Positions 16,012-28,617 of a stretch of 64,000 bases of DNA are shown here, piece by piece. Made by a program: the position numbers and the translations under genes. This DNA comes from Balanoglossus misakiensis (taxonomy: Eukaryota; Animalia; Hemichordata). Each line of letters begins with the position of its first letter. The first letter of the stretch is position 1. The stretch spans positions 11,794,909-11,858,908 of the forward strand of contig CM082580.2 of NCBI GenBank assembly GCA_040954595.2. Direction: 5' to 3'. The notes under the pieces are model-generated. The model worked only from the letters and a program-made list of their open reading frames with translations, made no database searches and was not told the DNA's origin.

Positions 16012-19000
16012 ATCGACTTCCGTTCAAATCAAGGTTAATGAACTTTCATTTCCAAGACTCAGCCTTCAGGAAAATATCGAGACGTGCCTGGGATCGTTAG
16101 TAGAGGGGATATGCCATGAATAACAGGCAATTACTTTCCCTTTGTCTCCCAATTAACGGACAAAAGGTCTATTGTTTATGTCAAAAGTTTATTCCAGGTG
16201 ATCCACAAGCGTTAGCCAGAGGCAAAAATAAAATGGACCTAAAAATAAAAGTTATTTCTGAATAACATAACCACTTTAAGTCCTTACTGTCGGTACAACA
16301 ATTGTAGATATATATACTTTATATGTGTACTGTATCCTGCTAGCATGCTAAAACCCTCAAGACTTATTAAAAGTGACAAATTCCAATGTAATTTGGCTAA
16401 ACCATATTTTAAAAATGATTGCTTTCTATTACGTTTCTTCCAGAAACAGCGCCACCTAGAGACTAAAACGTGAGATTCTACGTAAATTGTTTCGTATCGA
16501 TCGCCCAAGAGGAAGTCACTGTTTCATTAACTTCCCATAAAATATTAAAACTGTTATTGAATGGAGTCACTGTTTATTTGTGCTGAATGGAGTCTTTGTG
16601 TGACATTCGTATCTCTAAAACTAAATGGTCTGAGCAACGGAGATAATAAACGTCCATGTTTGTTTCTTCGGTCTATAAGCTTATTGGTTTGAATAACCCG
16701 GGTTAATAACACAATTCAAATTTACTGAAAATGCTGGGCATAAGCATTATGACATAAGCTCCAAACTCCATTGAGTCTCAAATAGAGACGTGAAATTTGA
16801 CAGCGTAGTTTTAATGTCTAATTCTTAAATTTTAACGTTCAGTAATTATTCAATGAATGTTTAAAAATTAAAACTTGGTTAAGAAGAGGTTTTTAAAGGT
16901 CTATTATATTCCACTAAAGTTGTGTTCTCATTTGTATACTGTCGATGTTGATCATATATATGCAGATTGTCACTAAAACTAGCTCCATGCACCGACACAG
17001 TTCCTGTATTGAAGGGATATATAGACAATTACAGTGTTGCCCTTAGGCTATGCGTATTCTGATGTAAAACATTAATTTTGAAATTAATATGATCGTAGGT
17101 ATTATCCCTGGGGATGTAGGTACATCTGTGGTGTCGCCATGCGGTCTCGTCGTCAAGCGTCGTCCCATGGAAACAGAAGCAGGGAAAAATATAGGTCTGT
17201 GTACATTTCTCATATTAAAATCTCGTGAATGATTATGTGGGCTCAATGAAGACTACAGGACAGTTCAACGTGTTTCACGTTCAAAGCCTGTGCAGGCTAC
17301 AGAGCTTGTCTAGAAATGCGTAGCAATCCTGGCTACCATTTGGTAAACAACACACGCATTTCGGATACTTATATACGTGTTTACGATTGCGTGTCGTGTG
17401 ACCCCTTTTAAATACGACAACACGAATTTGTTGTGTAACCATGGAGACCAACTCAACTCTCTAAATACTGACACGTGTATCATAGATACAATTGTACCAG
17501 TTTTCAGTTATTATCGTCGTCATGTTGTTGTTGCTGACAAATGTACAAGTTTGCGTTTTTTTGTCGTCGTCGCTGTTTTATTCTTTGCCAAATACTCAAA
17601 CTTTTGACGATCTGAAACGATCATTCCACTATAGCAGCGCCTGCCTCCATGGTACCAGCTAGAACTACATAATACTATTTTCAAAGTCAATGAAGTGCTC
17701 GCCATGGTTCAATTAGTTTGGTGCTCGCTTTTGTAATGACATTCATTGGCCCTTTGCGCTCAGGTTTTGTAAGATGGACTTTAAAAATCAAAGGACGGGT
17801 TCATAATCGGATCGCTTTAATTCAAAGAGGGTGTTGTCGGTGTCATTACCTTTTGCGCAAACAGTGTCCGGGTGTTTGTGTAGACATTTAGAGTTTTCGT
17901 ATTGACTTGATTTGTGTGTGTGCATTGCGTTGCACCTTCCCTTTACATCCACTGACTTCTAAGCCTAAGTAAAGTCTCTCTTGGCTGGTATGACCGCCGG
18001 GCTATTTGCATTGTTGGCGCTTTCTCAAGTGTCTTACCAGGTATCTCACGCAGATCGAGTTCGTTTGTGCCAAGTTGATTGAATTCCCCTCCTCACTTTC
18101 TTTTCAACCATCTCACCTATTCAGTGTATTTTTTCATCACATGCCACCGTTACATCGAATGTTTGCGGTTGGGATACGCAACTGCAACTTACAATAGCCG
18201 CGGCGTATTTCAAGAAGACGAATACTAGATATTTTTAAAGCGGGATTCTTCCGCCCTTTCATGCTGTTTCCAAACTATTCCCCGTGAAAGATCGGCATTT
18301 TAACCGCCTGTTCAATTTTGCAGACGCCGTTCAATTCTTATTCACTGTGAATTCTGGACGTGCTCAGCGAGTCCATCAAAGCACAAAGAGACACCTATTT
18401 TACGTCAAATTCTATTGGGGATGATTCTCAATCGGCTTGAAAGAACTTAAAGAACGGGGTCTGATACAATGAAACCTTCGGACGCCTTGTCCGAAGCTTG
18501 CATTATTACGACAATGGGTGTTGTTGAATGTTGCGATTGTGCGGGAAAAGTGTAGTAAAACTGGATAGATCTGGACATTGTTGAACAAAAATACATAGCA
18601 GATCGCATTTTATAAAGATAATACCAGTATGTTGTGGTTGTTGAAATGGGGATTCATAATACCGAAATTCGAATAATGGTGAATTCAGTAGAGTGGCCTA
18701 TAGCGGACATTTGCGCATGGTGGCAAATCACGGACATAGAAGAACAGCAGTCTCCCGCACAATTGAAAGTTGTTTTGCAAAGAGTTTCATCTCGAACGAG
18801 GCAGTTCGCGGCCCGGGGAAACATGTCGGCAGCGTTGAGACTATAGGAATTATTCCACACAGCTGCTCTTGGGCGAGTTGAAATACGGTGTTTGAAACTT
18901 GAATGATGCTCTAAAAGAGCAGAGTTGAGCGATATATCCCATAGGTATTATTGAAAAATGCTCTTGAGGTCACCGCGGTATTAGCAAATGTCCCATCGCT

Positions 19001-20516
19001 CCTTATCCATTACGCTGGATTGGCTACATTTAAGAGTGTATATATTTAATTAAACTCCCCCGCCTGGTGTTTTAAATTGCCACCCTCGGGGCAAAAAAAC
19101 TCCCACAAGCACCAATTCAACTGAAACGCATCATCGTAGGAAAAGTCCGGGGTGTTTAAGGAGGACACGAATGACTGGCGTCTCCATGGTAATTGTGATT
19201 TAAGTCCACTCATTAAGTCGAGAACTGCATGAGTTGCTGAAAGGTAAACTGGAAATTGGGCCGTAAACTGTGTCCACAACTTTGTTTTTATCGTTGGTTT
19301 GAATAGAAAGAAAAGGGGGGCAAGAACAATAGGGCGAAATTTGTCACTTAACAGAGAACAATGGGCTTTGTCACTTTCAGTTCAACGTAGCGACGTTGCG
19401 TACAATAGCAGTGTGTATGGCGTCCACGGGGTATTTTTCCTTCGCTTACACGTGATTGGGGAGAATCAAAACTTCACAGTTATTCATTCAAGTTGGGCTT
19501 CGTAGCGATCAAATTAACCCTATTTTGATGTGAACCTTCCAGGCGCTATTGATGTCCCCAGCGATCAGAAGGACGGGGCGTGACCGCCACTTCCAGCCAG
19601 TGCTTTCAGTGGAACAAATCGACAGGTTGGACTTAATATGAGCCGGGTATCTCAGCGAATAGCAGCTACGGCAAGGCAGTGTGGTTTTCCGAACGTTTGA
19701 CGACTACAAATATCGAAATCCGTGACTCTCGGCATCGGATCTAAAATGAGTTAGTGGCTGCAGGTAACAATTCTCAGCGTTGGTCATATTTGTCAATATA
19801 TGCAGCCGCCAGTACGAGGCAACGCTATTCCGCACCATGGCCCGGAGATAAGTGTTTGAACACGATTGGGTGTCTGAACGCAACACTCGATCACACACTG
19901 AAGTCCCTTTTTGAAAGCCCGCACTAACGGGCACTGTGTCAAAAGATCCGTTTCTCAGCTACCTATATATTCTGCGCCATCTTCGACAGGTATTGGTTGA
20001 TAGGCAACTCACAGCCGACCCCCGTGCCTGATACTGTCCGCTGATTCACCAAGCAAGGCAAGCCAATGACAAGCCAGTCGACATATCCATGCGTTGATCA
20101 GTCAAGCGAACAAATTGAACGCCGTGTTATTCATTTCCAGCAAGACTGTTAAGGTCGGTTGACAGGTCGATCAGTCAGTGCGCAGTTGTGAAGACGAACA
20201 GTGAGTTGATCTGACAAGGTGTTTAATACTCGCAGTGTTGCTGACAGCTGAACAGCATGGAGATAAAAGCGGGACCAGTCGGTGTGCCAAGCTAGGCGTT
20301 TTTTAGTCAGTCAGTCTCCTGACTAGACCGACCAAGGCCAAAATGTATTTGAACGAACGCACCCAGAACTTGAATGCAGTGGGAACGTTGTAAACGCAGA
20401 AGCCGCGACAGAAACTAAACGATCTTTCGACGGAGATCTCGCTGAGGTCTCCTCTAAAAGACGATTCGAATGGATCTACCGAGTATAACAGATCGACACG
20501 TGCAGTGCAGCTCACC

Positions 20517-20543
20517 ATGGGCTGTTCCCGTCGACAGAAACAT
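20517..20543 (+). other. Putative short first coding exon MGCSRRQKH
   Basis: Strong Kozak context CACCATGG, 27 coding nt, then a consensus GTAAGT donor at 20544; preceded by a GC-richer promoter-like stretch. Confidence 0.35.
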
Positions 20544-23500
20544 GTAAGTATTCCATTTGATAGGCTGTATAATCAACACTCGCGACAAATTGCTCAGTAA
20601 ATTACATGGATTCGCTCTCGGGTGACCAGTCACTCGCTGGCTTCTTTAGGGCGTGCATTTTCACGTACTTCACCATTATTTATTTACACCAGATACAAGA
20701 TAAGATAGAAATTCAAATTGCCTGAAATTAATATTTTTCCTCCGCTGGTTTCAATTCCTTGTCACGTTTTGCCTCGCAGTAACACTGTGTGCGTGCGTTT
20801 GACTATTAGCAAAGAAGCAGCAACGAACTGTCACCGCATTGTTAAATTGTGAAATTCCGACTCCTTTACAAGTAATCATTCTCGTGGGAAATCGCCATTT
20901 AGTCCGTTTGAGCAGAAGGGTAATGTCTTGATGGATAACTAATGCATTTTGACGCACAATGGATTACACCCATGGATTTCAGAAACCAGGCAACGCCAAA
21001 GACGCTTGGTTTCCAGTGAACAAAAGGCGCGGTGTTTATTACACTCTGAAACGTGAAATGTGCATATCAGTGTCGCATATATTCTTTTTGATGTACAGTA
21101 TATTTGTGTGCAGTTTTTATTTCATATTTGATCATTCATTGATCAATTGGTGTTACTGTATTGCAATGTTGCAATATAGAACGTCTGCCCTTGATACGAA
21201 CCACATAAAGCAGTCCACTCTCCAAAAGCTCGATCCAAACCAAAGTTTGGGAGTGACCGCGGTCGAATTCCTCGCGACAGCAGAACCACAGTTGGCCGCT
21301 TCGCCTCGCAGGTGGGTTAAAAGCGCATCGACGACCAGTGTGGACAGACATTACACAAACAAACCTAACCTCGCGGCGCTGGTAACGAGCTTTCACGTGA
21401 CCACCATCCCCAATAATTTGAAATCGTGATTTATATCTGGCTCTTGGGGGACCCAGCTCTGGGGGCGTCAACAGGTGACCCCAAAACACTCTTTATATAT
21501 CTAGCAGTAAACTACACCTGTCTCGCGCGAGCTGAGAAACATGCGCTTGCACGTCTTCGTCTACATCCGCGTATTTACAAATTTTATGACTAATTTTATT
21601 ATTTTTACGATGCCGTGATAAAACCCATGAACCCTCTTAGGTCTCGTCGTGGGTGTGTACAACAACGTCTCCAGGGAAGCTGGGTGAAGGGATTTGTCGC
21701 TTCGAAGCCACCATTTGTATTCGTGTTCCGCTCCTAAAATGGAAAATCAGAGAATGGACGGGAACAATGAGTCGGGAAATCTGAGATGCTTTGTGTGCTG
21801 TGTGTCATCCGATATGCTCCGGCAAGTTTACAACGAAATAACACGTTTAATAATCTCCTATGATGGAGAAAATCCTCTTTTATTGAGTGAACAGATCACG
21901 ACAAATGAGACAGTGGGTTATATGTTGTCTTCAAAATCAAGCCCCAAACCCCCGAATCCTCTTTTGTCTCCTTTGTTACATTCCGAATCAACCACCGGGA
22001 CGTAAAACGTCGACCAAAGGGCGGTCGGTATGTCGGTACGCGGGATTAAGATAAGGTAGTTGATTTCATAGCCAGTATTCCGTTTGTTTGTGACAGTTAT
22101 AGATATCTCACATTGCGGTAACATGTTTGGTGCACAAATAGCGGGATTTTATTGACTTGTTGCTGTCGTTCGAAGTCATTCGGAAATGTTATAAAATCGG
22201 TTTAGAAAAAGTGAAAGGTGGGAACTTGGATGTGTGAGTCACTGATCGAGATATTCACATAATGACGTGATGTTCATAAAATCATCAAAACAAGAGAATG
22301 ACGATAGAAATTTCATCCTGGAAGTGAGCTGATTACTATCCATTGCGCATATTGTCACTGAGCCAGTAGCATTTCACGTAATAACCACCATTATGGACAA
22401 TTTCCAACATTATCGATCATTCTAGAAAAATCCCAATTACAAATAACCAAAGCTTGACGATAATCACAAGAGACTAGATTTGCCACGTAAAGCTTGGAAG
22501 AGAACGTGTTTCATTATTCAAATATCTGATCTTGTTATCGTAGCATTTCGTTATCTTCGGCCGCTGATTTCAGTGCGAAAATGTGACAGACATGCATTAT
22601 GTGTGATGTTTTCCCATGCTCCGCGCGAACGTTACCATGGGAATTAATTTCCCTGTGGAGCCTATGAAAGATCATTCCTATTACGCTAATGTGACTCATC
22701 TCAGTCGTGTCGGCGATATGCTTTTGCGGAGCAGAGAAGACAACCTGATATTACGATATATGCCTGGTTTGGGAACACCGCGGACGTTGCAACGCGTTGT
22801 ATAAAGATCGTGTCGACGCCGTTGGTTCTTCACAGGAAATTACGCCTCGTTCTTTATTGCAGAAGAAGGAAAGGCGTGTTCTGTATTCATTTTACATGTG
22901 CACCGCTCTAAAGGTAACCTTCACTTAAGGGTCCCACAACAAAATAAACCGACAATACATCAGAATTCATTTCTCTGCTCATTGTTCAGCGAGTTTCTGC
23001 ACCGACGGAAATCGTCAGTGTCTCTCGTCCCACAGCCTCTCCGCATCAAAGAAAACGGCGACCGCTTGAGTTTAATTCAAACGGAAAGATGCCTATCGCC
23101 GTGATCATCGCAGAATACGTGTCCGGTGCATTGTCGAGCGCTGCAAACCATTCCTGTTTGAGTTTAATATACTTATGACTATGCAAAGTCACGTCATTTC
23201 GAGGTAATCTACAGTGGACAAACACTTTGGCAGAGAGAGAGAAAATAGGTTATTAAGAGAGTATGTTGACTTATTAAATCGAATTATTAAACTATTGTTA
23301 AACCGAGTTTACACTTGTAATGGACTCACAAACTTTCCAGTGCCGAAACTGATTCACTTCATTTAATAATTTAACCCATCAGCAAAAACTAGAGTATGGG
23401 ATTGGATTAGGGTAAGTGTTCGGTGGGTAAATGTCAGGGGGTGACTTCCCTAGAACCCAAAACACATCATTATTATTATTATTATAATACAGTAAAAGGG

Positions 23501-26361
23501 ATTACTCCAGAGCAGAGACTCGCGTACTGATGTCTACTGGCTATTCCAGTGACGTCACTTCAGTAATTCTATCGCGTTTCGTTCTGGGAGTAGAAGTCGT
23601 GATCACAAAATCGATTAATTAATTGCAATCTTAATTAGCCGTTGGGCGTAACAAAGGCCGGGCTTTATAACCCATAATCAGTGGCAGAGTATCGGTGTCG
23701 GCTTATTGATCCTCGTTTGCTGATCTTCTGTTAATTCTGTTATTCAGCTACCAAAATCAAACCTTTACCACTAATCGCTCCGCGGATACGCAAAGGTGCA
23801 AAGGTCACAAGCACCGTATCGTAATGGCGGATAAAGTGTTACATCACGGCTACTGATATCACCGTGGCGACGGCCCGCGTACATCCGGGCAATTATGAGC
23901 TATCTATATTTCCAGTTTCATCTATGGACCAAAACCATGAAGCGAATGAGATGAGCACGTTGCCTTGCTAAGTATTGACGCCAGTGGGATAATAGCGTGG
24001 TCGCGAAAGATTACCGAATAATGGACTCCATTGAGTCTGTTAGCTTGCAAAATTACATAATCAATCACACATATGTGTCAAATGTGGCCAGAATTCTACT
24101 TGGGTCCAATAATAGTCTTTGTGAAAAACGTGAATACCATTGTATAGAGTCTAGTTAAGCGAACAACGCACCTGGCCATGTTGGCATATGGTTTGCCCGA
24201 TGGTTTGCCCGATTATAGCATTCTGATGAAACATAGAACATTAACTGTGGTTTTCCTATCCACATGTCGTCAAAATGTCAATCAACCCATCCCTAACTAG
24301 GCGAGGACGCCAACAATTCTTGTCACAGCAAAGTGTACTTGTCTCTCCAGTACTGATACATGTGATAAACCCCGAGGTACGACGACCCATCAAGAGAGCG
24401 CCCCCATAACTGCTTCGCCGTGGTGAACTGGTAAATTTTCGCGTGACTGCACGACGGAATAGCGCCACCAAACGGTCGATCTGAAGTGCCGGTTGCCACG
24501 GTGATGGTCCAATGTTTACGCTTGCCATGCGGCGTGCTAAATGTCAGGTCGAGGCGATAAATATTTTGTGCAATGCCGCGACCATTCATCAGACTCAATC
24601 AAGCTTCGGAAAAACACGCGACAGACAGCACAGTCCGAGACGGCAACAACCGTGACCCTATTCAATCGACAAACACCGTGGAAGCGAATTATCGTCAGAG
24701 ACATCTCGGCAATTATGTATGGCACAGAATGCCCCAATACACACCCACTTGAAATCGATCGACCCACTTTGATTAAGATAACAGCGACAGCCCTTCACTC
24801 TCAAAATTTCAAAAAGGGCATTATTTATGGGATATTGGGAATCATTCTTCAATACCCATGTCGATTTCGGTGTCAATAGCCATAAACATTTTATGGTCTC
24901 GTTAAAATTGAAATTAAGTACATTCGTCGGCAGTTAGTCAAGGCTTCAAGGCTACCTCTGCGCGTGTTGTCACTAATCTAATGATCTGATAGTCTCTTTT
25001 AAGTGATTACTAAAGAATTAATAACGGTGAATTAATTGAATTATAAATAGCAAGTTAAATGTTGACGGAATAAACAAAACGTAACTGTATATCATCGCGT
25101 GTTGCTATACTTGTATAGTACTGGCCTTCAAAACACACAGAGTGTGTACAAATAAGAAAACTCATAAGTCCCGTTTGCTGAATGGCCACTCCCATTCCGC
25201 AATAGCAATTAATTAGAGCCACGCGGAGACTATTTCCCCGATAATTGAATCCCCTATAGAGACGGCCGTAGACCGTAGTGTTGCCACCTTGAAAAAGAGC
25301 CTTTAAATTGTTCCCATTTGGTAGCTGGGTGTTTGAATACAATGCCGTGTGTGGTGCACATTGTTACGGAGCTTTATATGCATTGTACGTCCGGTAACCA
25401 AGGTATGTTCAGTCATTGGTGTTGACCTCCGCCCTTTAAGATGACATGCCCACCGACCATTACATTCTTCCCCCTTCATTCGAAAGTGAAGGTTTTTTTC
25501 TTTGCACGAACATATAATAATACGAGGACCTGTGCGCATGTGCTACCGGCGGAGACGATTTCATTCGGTTATTGACGGAAGAGCTTAGGCACAATTTGGA
25601 AGACAAAGGCGTCCCATGTAATAATAGCATTGTGGGTAGTGATCAACACAGAACTATTGTGAGTCTTGAAGCGATTATTGAGCCAAGGCAGGAAAAGGGA
25701 GAAAGCTATTTGTACACAGGTAGGGACGTAGGAATTAAGTGTATAGGCGGCTTGAAGTGAACGGTATCTGCTGTCGTAAACGCACAGATGATTTTCGTGC
25801 CTGTCGTACTGCATGACTAGAGTATAGTCTACAGTCTTGAGAGCTGGAGGTGTTTTAATCAGCCAACGCTCGTACACGCGGGAACTCGTCGATTTTGCTC
25901 AGATAGGACCGTGTGTGTAGACAACCGCATGTATTATTCAGCGAGCTGAACCACGGACAGTATTTACAAACGCGATCCTCCTGTGTGTATAGCGAACATC
26001 ATCAAGTGTGACTAGACTCGGCAACCTGACAAGCCAGATTCGAAATTCAATTTAGTACGAAGGCATATGCGCTCTCTCTCTCTCCCTCTCTCCTGGTAAC
26101 AGAAGGTTTTAAATCACCCGTTAATTATAACCCAATGTCGAGCCGGAATGTTCTTCTGCCCGGATATCACCAAGACAACGCAAAGAACTGGAATATCTGA
26201 CTCGATATGAAATATTTCCATGTCCAGGTTTATCCCTCCAAAGCCATGTGAAAACAATTCACATGTAGTGTTTACCGGCTACATTGTTTGCTGTCAAGCA
26301 GGGAATCGCCGCTATCTCATATATACGTAAGCATTTGGGTGAGGTGAGTCAACCCGCAAAA

Positions 26362-27795
26362 ATGGCTGCTTACCTCCACGAAGAAGTCCTCACTCCGAAA
26401 CAGTTGAAACGCAAAATTTATGGCAAAACTGCAGTGGTTCGTATCAAGGGTAATAGCCAAATGCCGAGCATAACTTACACATCACGTGAAGGACACAATA
26501 ATTTATTTCGCAGGTTGCCCAGGACTGATAAGGTTTCCAGGCCAAAAGGACTTAGTCATGACGACGACCGGAGCACATCGTACGACGATAACAGCAACAG
26601 GCTTATCGGGGGAATGTTCCCATCGCCTAGCCGCGAGACGGGTACACCATCGCGGAGGCCGCTATTGTCGACTCAATCTTGCCCGGCAGACATTGAGTCG
26701 AGCGAGCTCAGGACTTATTCCATCTTGAATGGCAGTCGGCAGGGCGAGGGCCTGGAATCACTGAGAATGAGGCAGCGGAAGAGGACGGGTCGCCGGGAGA
26801 GACCCTCGCTGCTGTCGAGGTTGTCCGAGGAAGCAAAAGAGGTAATGAAGGAAATCAGGGAAGAAATGGAGAGGGAGAAGCGGGAAAAAGATGCGCAAAT
26901 CTCCGCCATGTATGAATCTGCTCCCGGACACAAGACGACGGAGGAATCTCACATGAGCAGTTTTCAAGAAGACATTACCCTGACCGAGTCTGAAACACTC
27001 GGCGGTGTCGACGACGAACGCACACAGCATTCGGAGAGATTATCTGGCGATGCGAAGCCTCACAAAATATCGGTGGTCAGCAGCACGGGGAGCGCCACGA
27101 ACAGTCTGACGACCGAGTCACGATCGACATTTACAGACAGCGAACGAGAGATCAACGGCAGCACGGGCGACGACAGAACATCGACGCCGCCCGAGTCGGT
27201 GAGACCGGGCAGCCACAGCCGAGTCAGTTTGCTCAACGACGCCATACTCGAAGAAGAAGAGGAATACATGTTGGACTTCAATGTTCGCAGGAACAAATTC
27301 ATCAAAGTGCCTGCTACGCCTCTGGTACGAGTGTCAACAAAGACCCGCTCGCCCAGAGGCAAAGCATATCAAAAACACCACAGTAGATTTACCTTCAACA
27401 CGAACAACAGTTTGTATAACAGAAAAGCCAGACAGACTAGGCGCCCGGATTACTACAATTTTAGCGGGGACCAATCAGGCGAGTACAGGGAGACGAGACC
27501 GTACAGAAAAACCCCGCCAGTGCCCATGCATGTACTCCGACGAATCAAACAGGTGGGCGCCGGACAGGACGAGCGGACCGATTCCACATCGCCACCGCCA
27601 ACACCCCCGAAACCAGCGCCCCGTCTGTACAAAGAGAGATCCTTCCAAGTGACAGGCCCCGGCTATGATATAAGGTACCACCAGCCCCTTTATTACAACT
27701 TCCACCCACAGCTCGACCCAATGGAGAAAAAGCTACAGACGGAATCGGTGGAGAAATGCCGGGCCTGGCTGGATAAATGGGTAATTTCAGAGTAG
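26362..27795 (+). CDS. Uncharacterised ~477-aa protein on one large exon; mostly disordered, with a coiled coil and a PRR18-like C-terminal motif
   Basis: The only long ORF in the window (open 26284-27795), GC-richer than its flanks, with AAAATGG start context at 26362. Contains basic cluster RMRQRKRTGRRER, helix EEAKEVMKEIREEMEREKRE, PPPTPPKPAPR and C-terminal ESVEKCRAWLDKWV. Confidence 0.8.
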   Translation: MAAYLHEEVLTPKQLKRKIYGKTAVVRIKGNSQMPSITYTSREGHNNLFRRLPRTDKVSRPKGLSHDDDRSTSYDDNSNRLIGGMFPSPSRETGTPSRRPLLSTQSCPADIESSELRTYSILNGSRQGEGLESLRMRQRKRTGRRERPSLLSRLSEEAKEVMKEIREEMEREKREKDAQISAMYESAPGHKTTEESHMSSFQEDITLTESETLGGVDDERTQHSERLSGDAKPHKISVVSSTGSATNSLTTESRSTFTDSEREINGSTGDDRTSTPPESVRPGSHSRVSLLNDAILEEEEEYMLDFNVRRNKFIKVPATPLVRVSTKTRSPRGKAYQKHHSRFTFNTNNSLYNRKARQTRRPDYYNFSGDQSGEYRETRPYRKTPPVPMHVLRRIKQVGAGQDERTDSTSPPPTPPKPAPRLYKERSFQVTGPGYDIRYHQPLYYNFHPQLDPMEKKLQTESVEKCRAWLDKWVISE

Positions 27796-28465
27796 CGGTG
27801 ATGTATGGGACCCCGCCTCCGATGGTACATGTATATATGTGGACTTTGTTTGAACTAAATTGATTTGATCTCGGCTGTGTTTACATTTGCAATGTTTGTG
27901 AACCACTCGTCGTGTACTGTAATATTCTCATTTATTGAGTTTATTAAGAATCGCACAGGTCACAGTACTCCTAAAACAGATTCGTGTGGTGGCGGGTGTT
28001 TATTCTGAAAATGAAATCGCCGAAGCCGTTTTTTCTCTCATGAACCCAATCTGTTCCATTGTTCCGCGAGTTTTTTTGCCTGTGAAATTCTTTTGATATC
28101 ACAGCGTTGCAACTTCTTAGAGACTTGTTTAGCCCTGGGGTCATTTCACGAATTGGAACAGCACGCACGCAGGTGTAGATTAAGTGGCGAGTTTAATCTC
28201 TCGTTGTTAGTCCACGTCCTGATAACAGAAAACCTGGCAGACACTTCAATATTTTATGTGGAGGGGGATTTCTGGCCCTGAATTAAGTAGCGGGACAATG
28301 GAGCTGATAACAGAGATTGTATTTCATGCTGAGAATGCCTTGGGCATGACATTTTTAATACCCGAGGACACACATAGATACACAAACTAAGCATTGAAAT
28401 GATTATATTTGATATATGATTACATTTTAATGTGTATTGAATGGTTACCATGACACAACATATAA

Positions 28466-28617
28466 CACAACACAACACAACACAACACAATACAACACAA
28501 CACAACACAACACAACACAACACAACACAACACAACACAACACAACACAACACAACACAACACAACACAACACAACACAACACAACACAACACAACACAA
28601 CACAACACAACACAACA
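28466..28617. repeat. (CACAA)n pentanucleotide microsatellite, ~30 units
   Basis: Read directly; one TACAA variant unit. Confidence 0.98.

Noticed and set aside
23176-23186. miR-153-like 11-mer on the minus strand
   Set aside because: The 3' half does not match and there is no hairpin.
24188-24213. 12-bp tandem duplication ATGGTTTGCCCG (a similar case near 54819)
   Set aside because: Ordinary slippage duplication; no element ends nearby.
26486-27705. Several overlapping and antisense ORFs inside the 503-aa ORF
   Set aside because: Expected shadows of a GC-rich coding exon.
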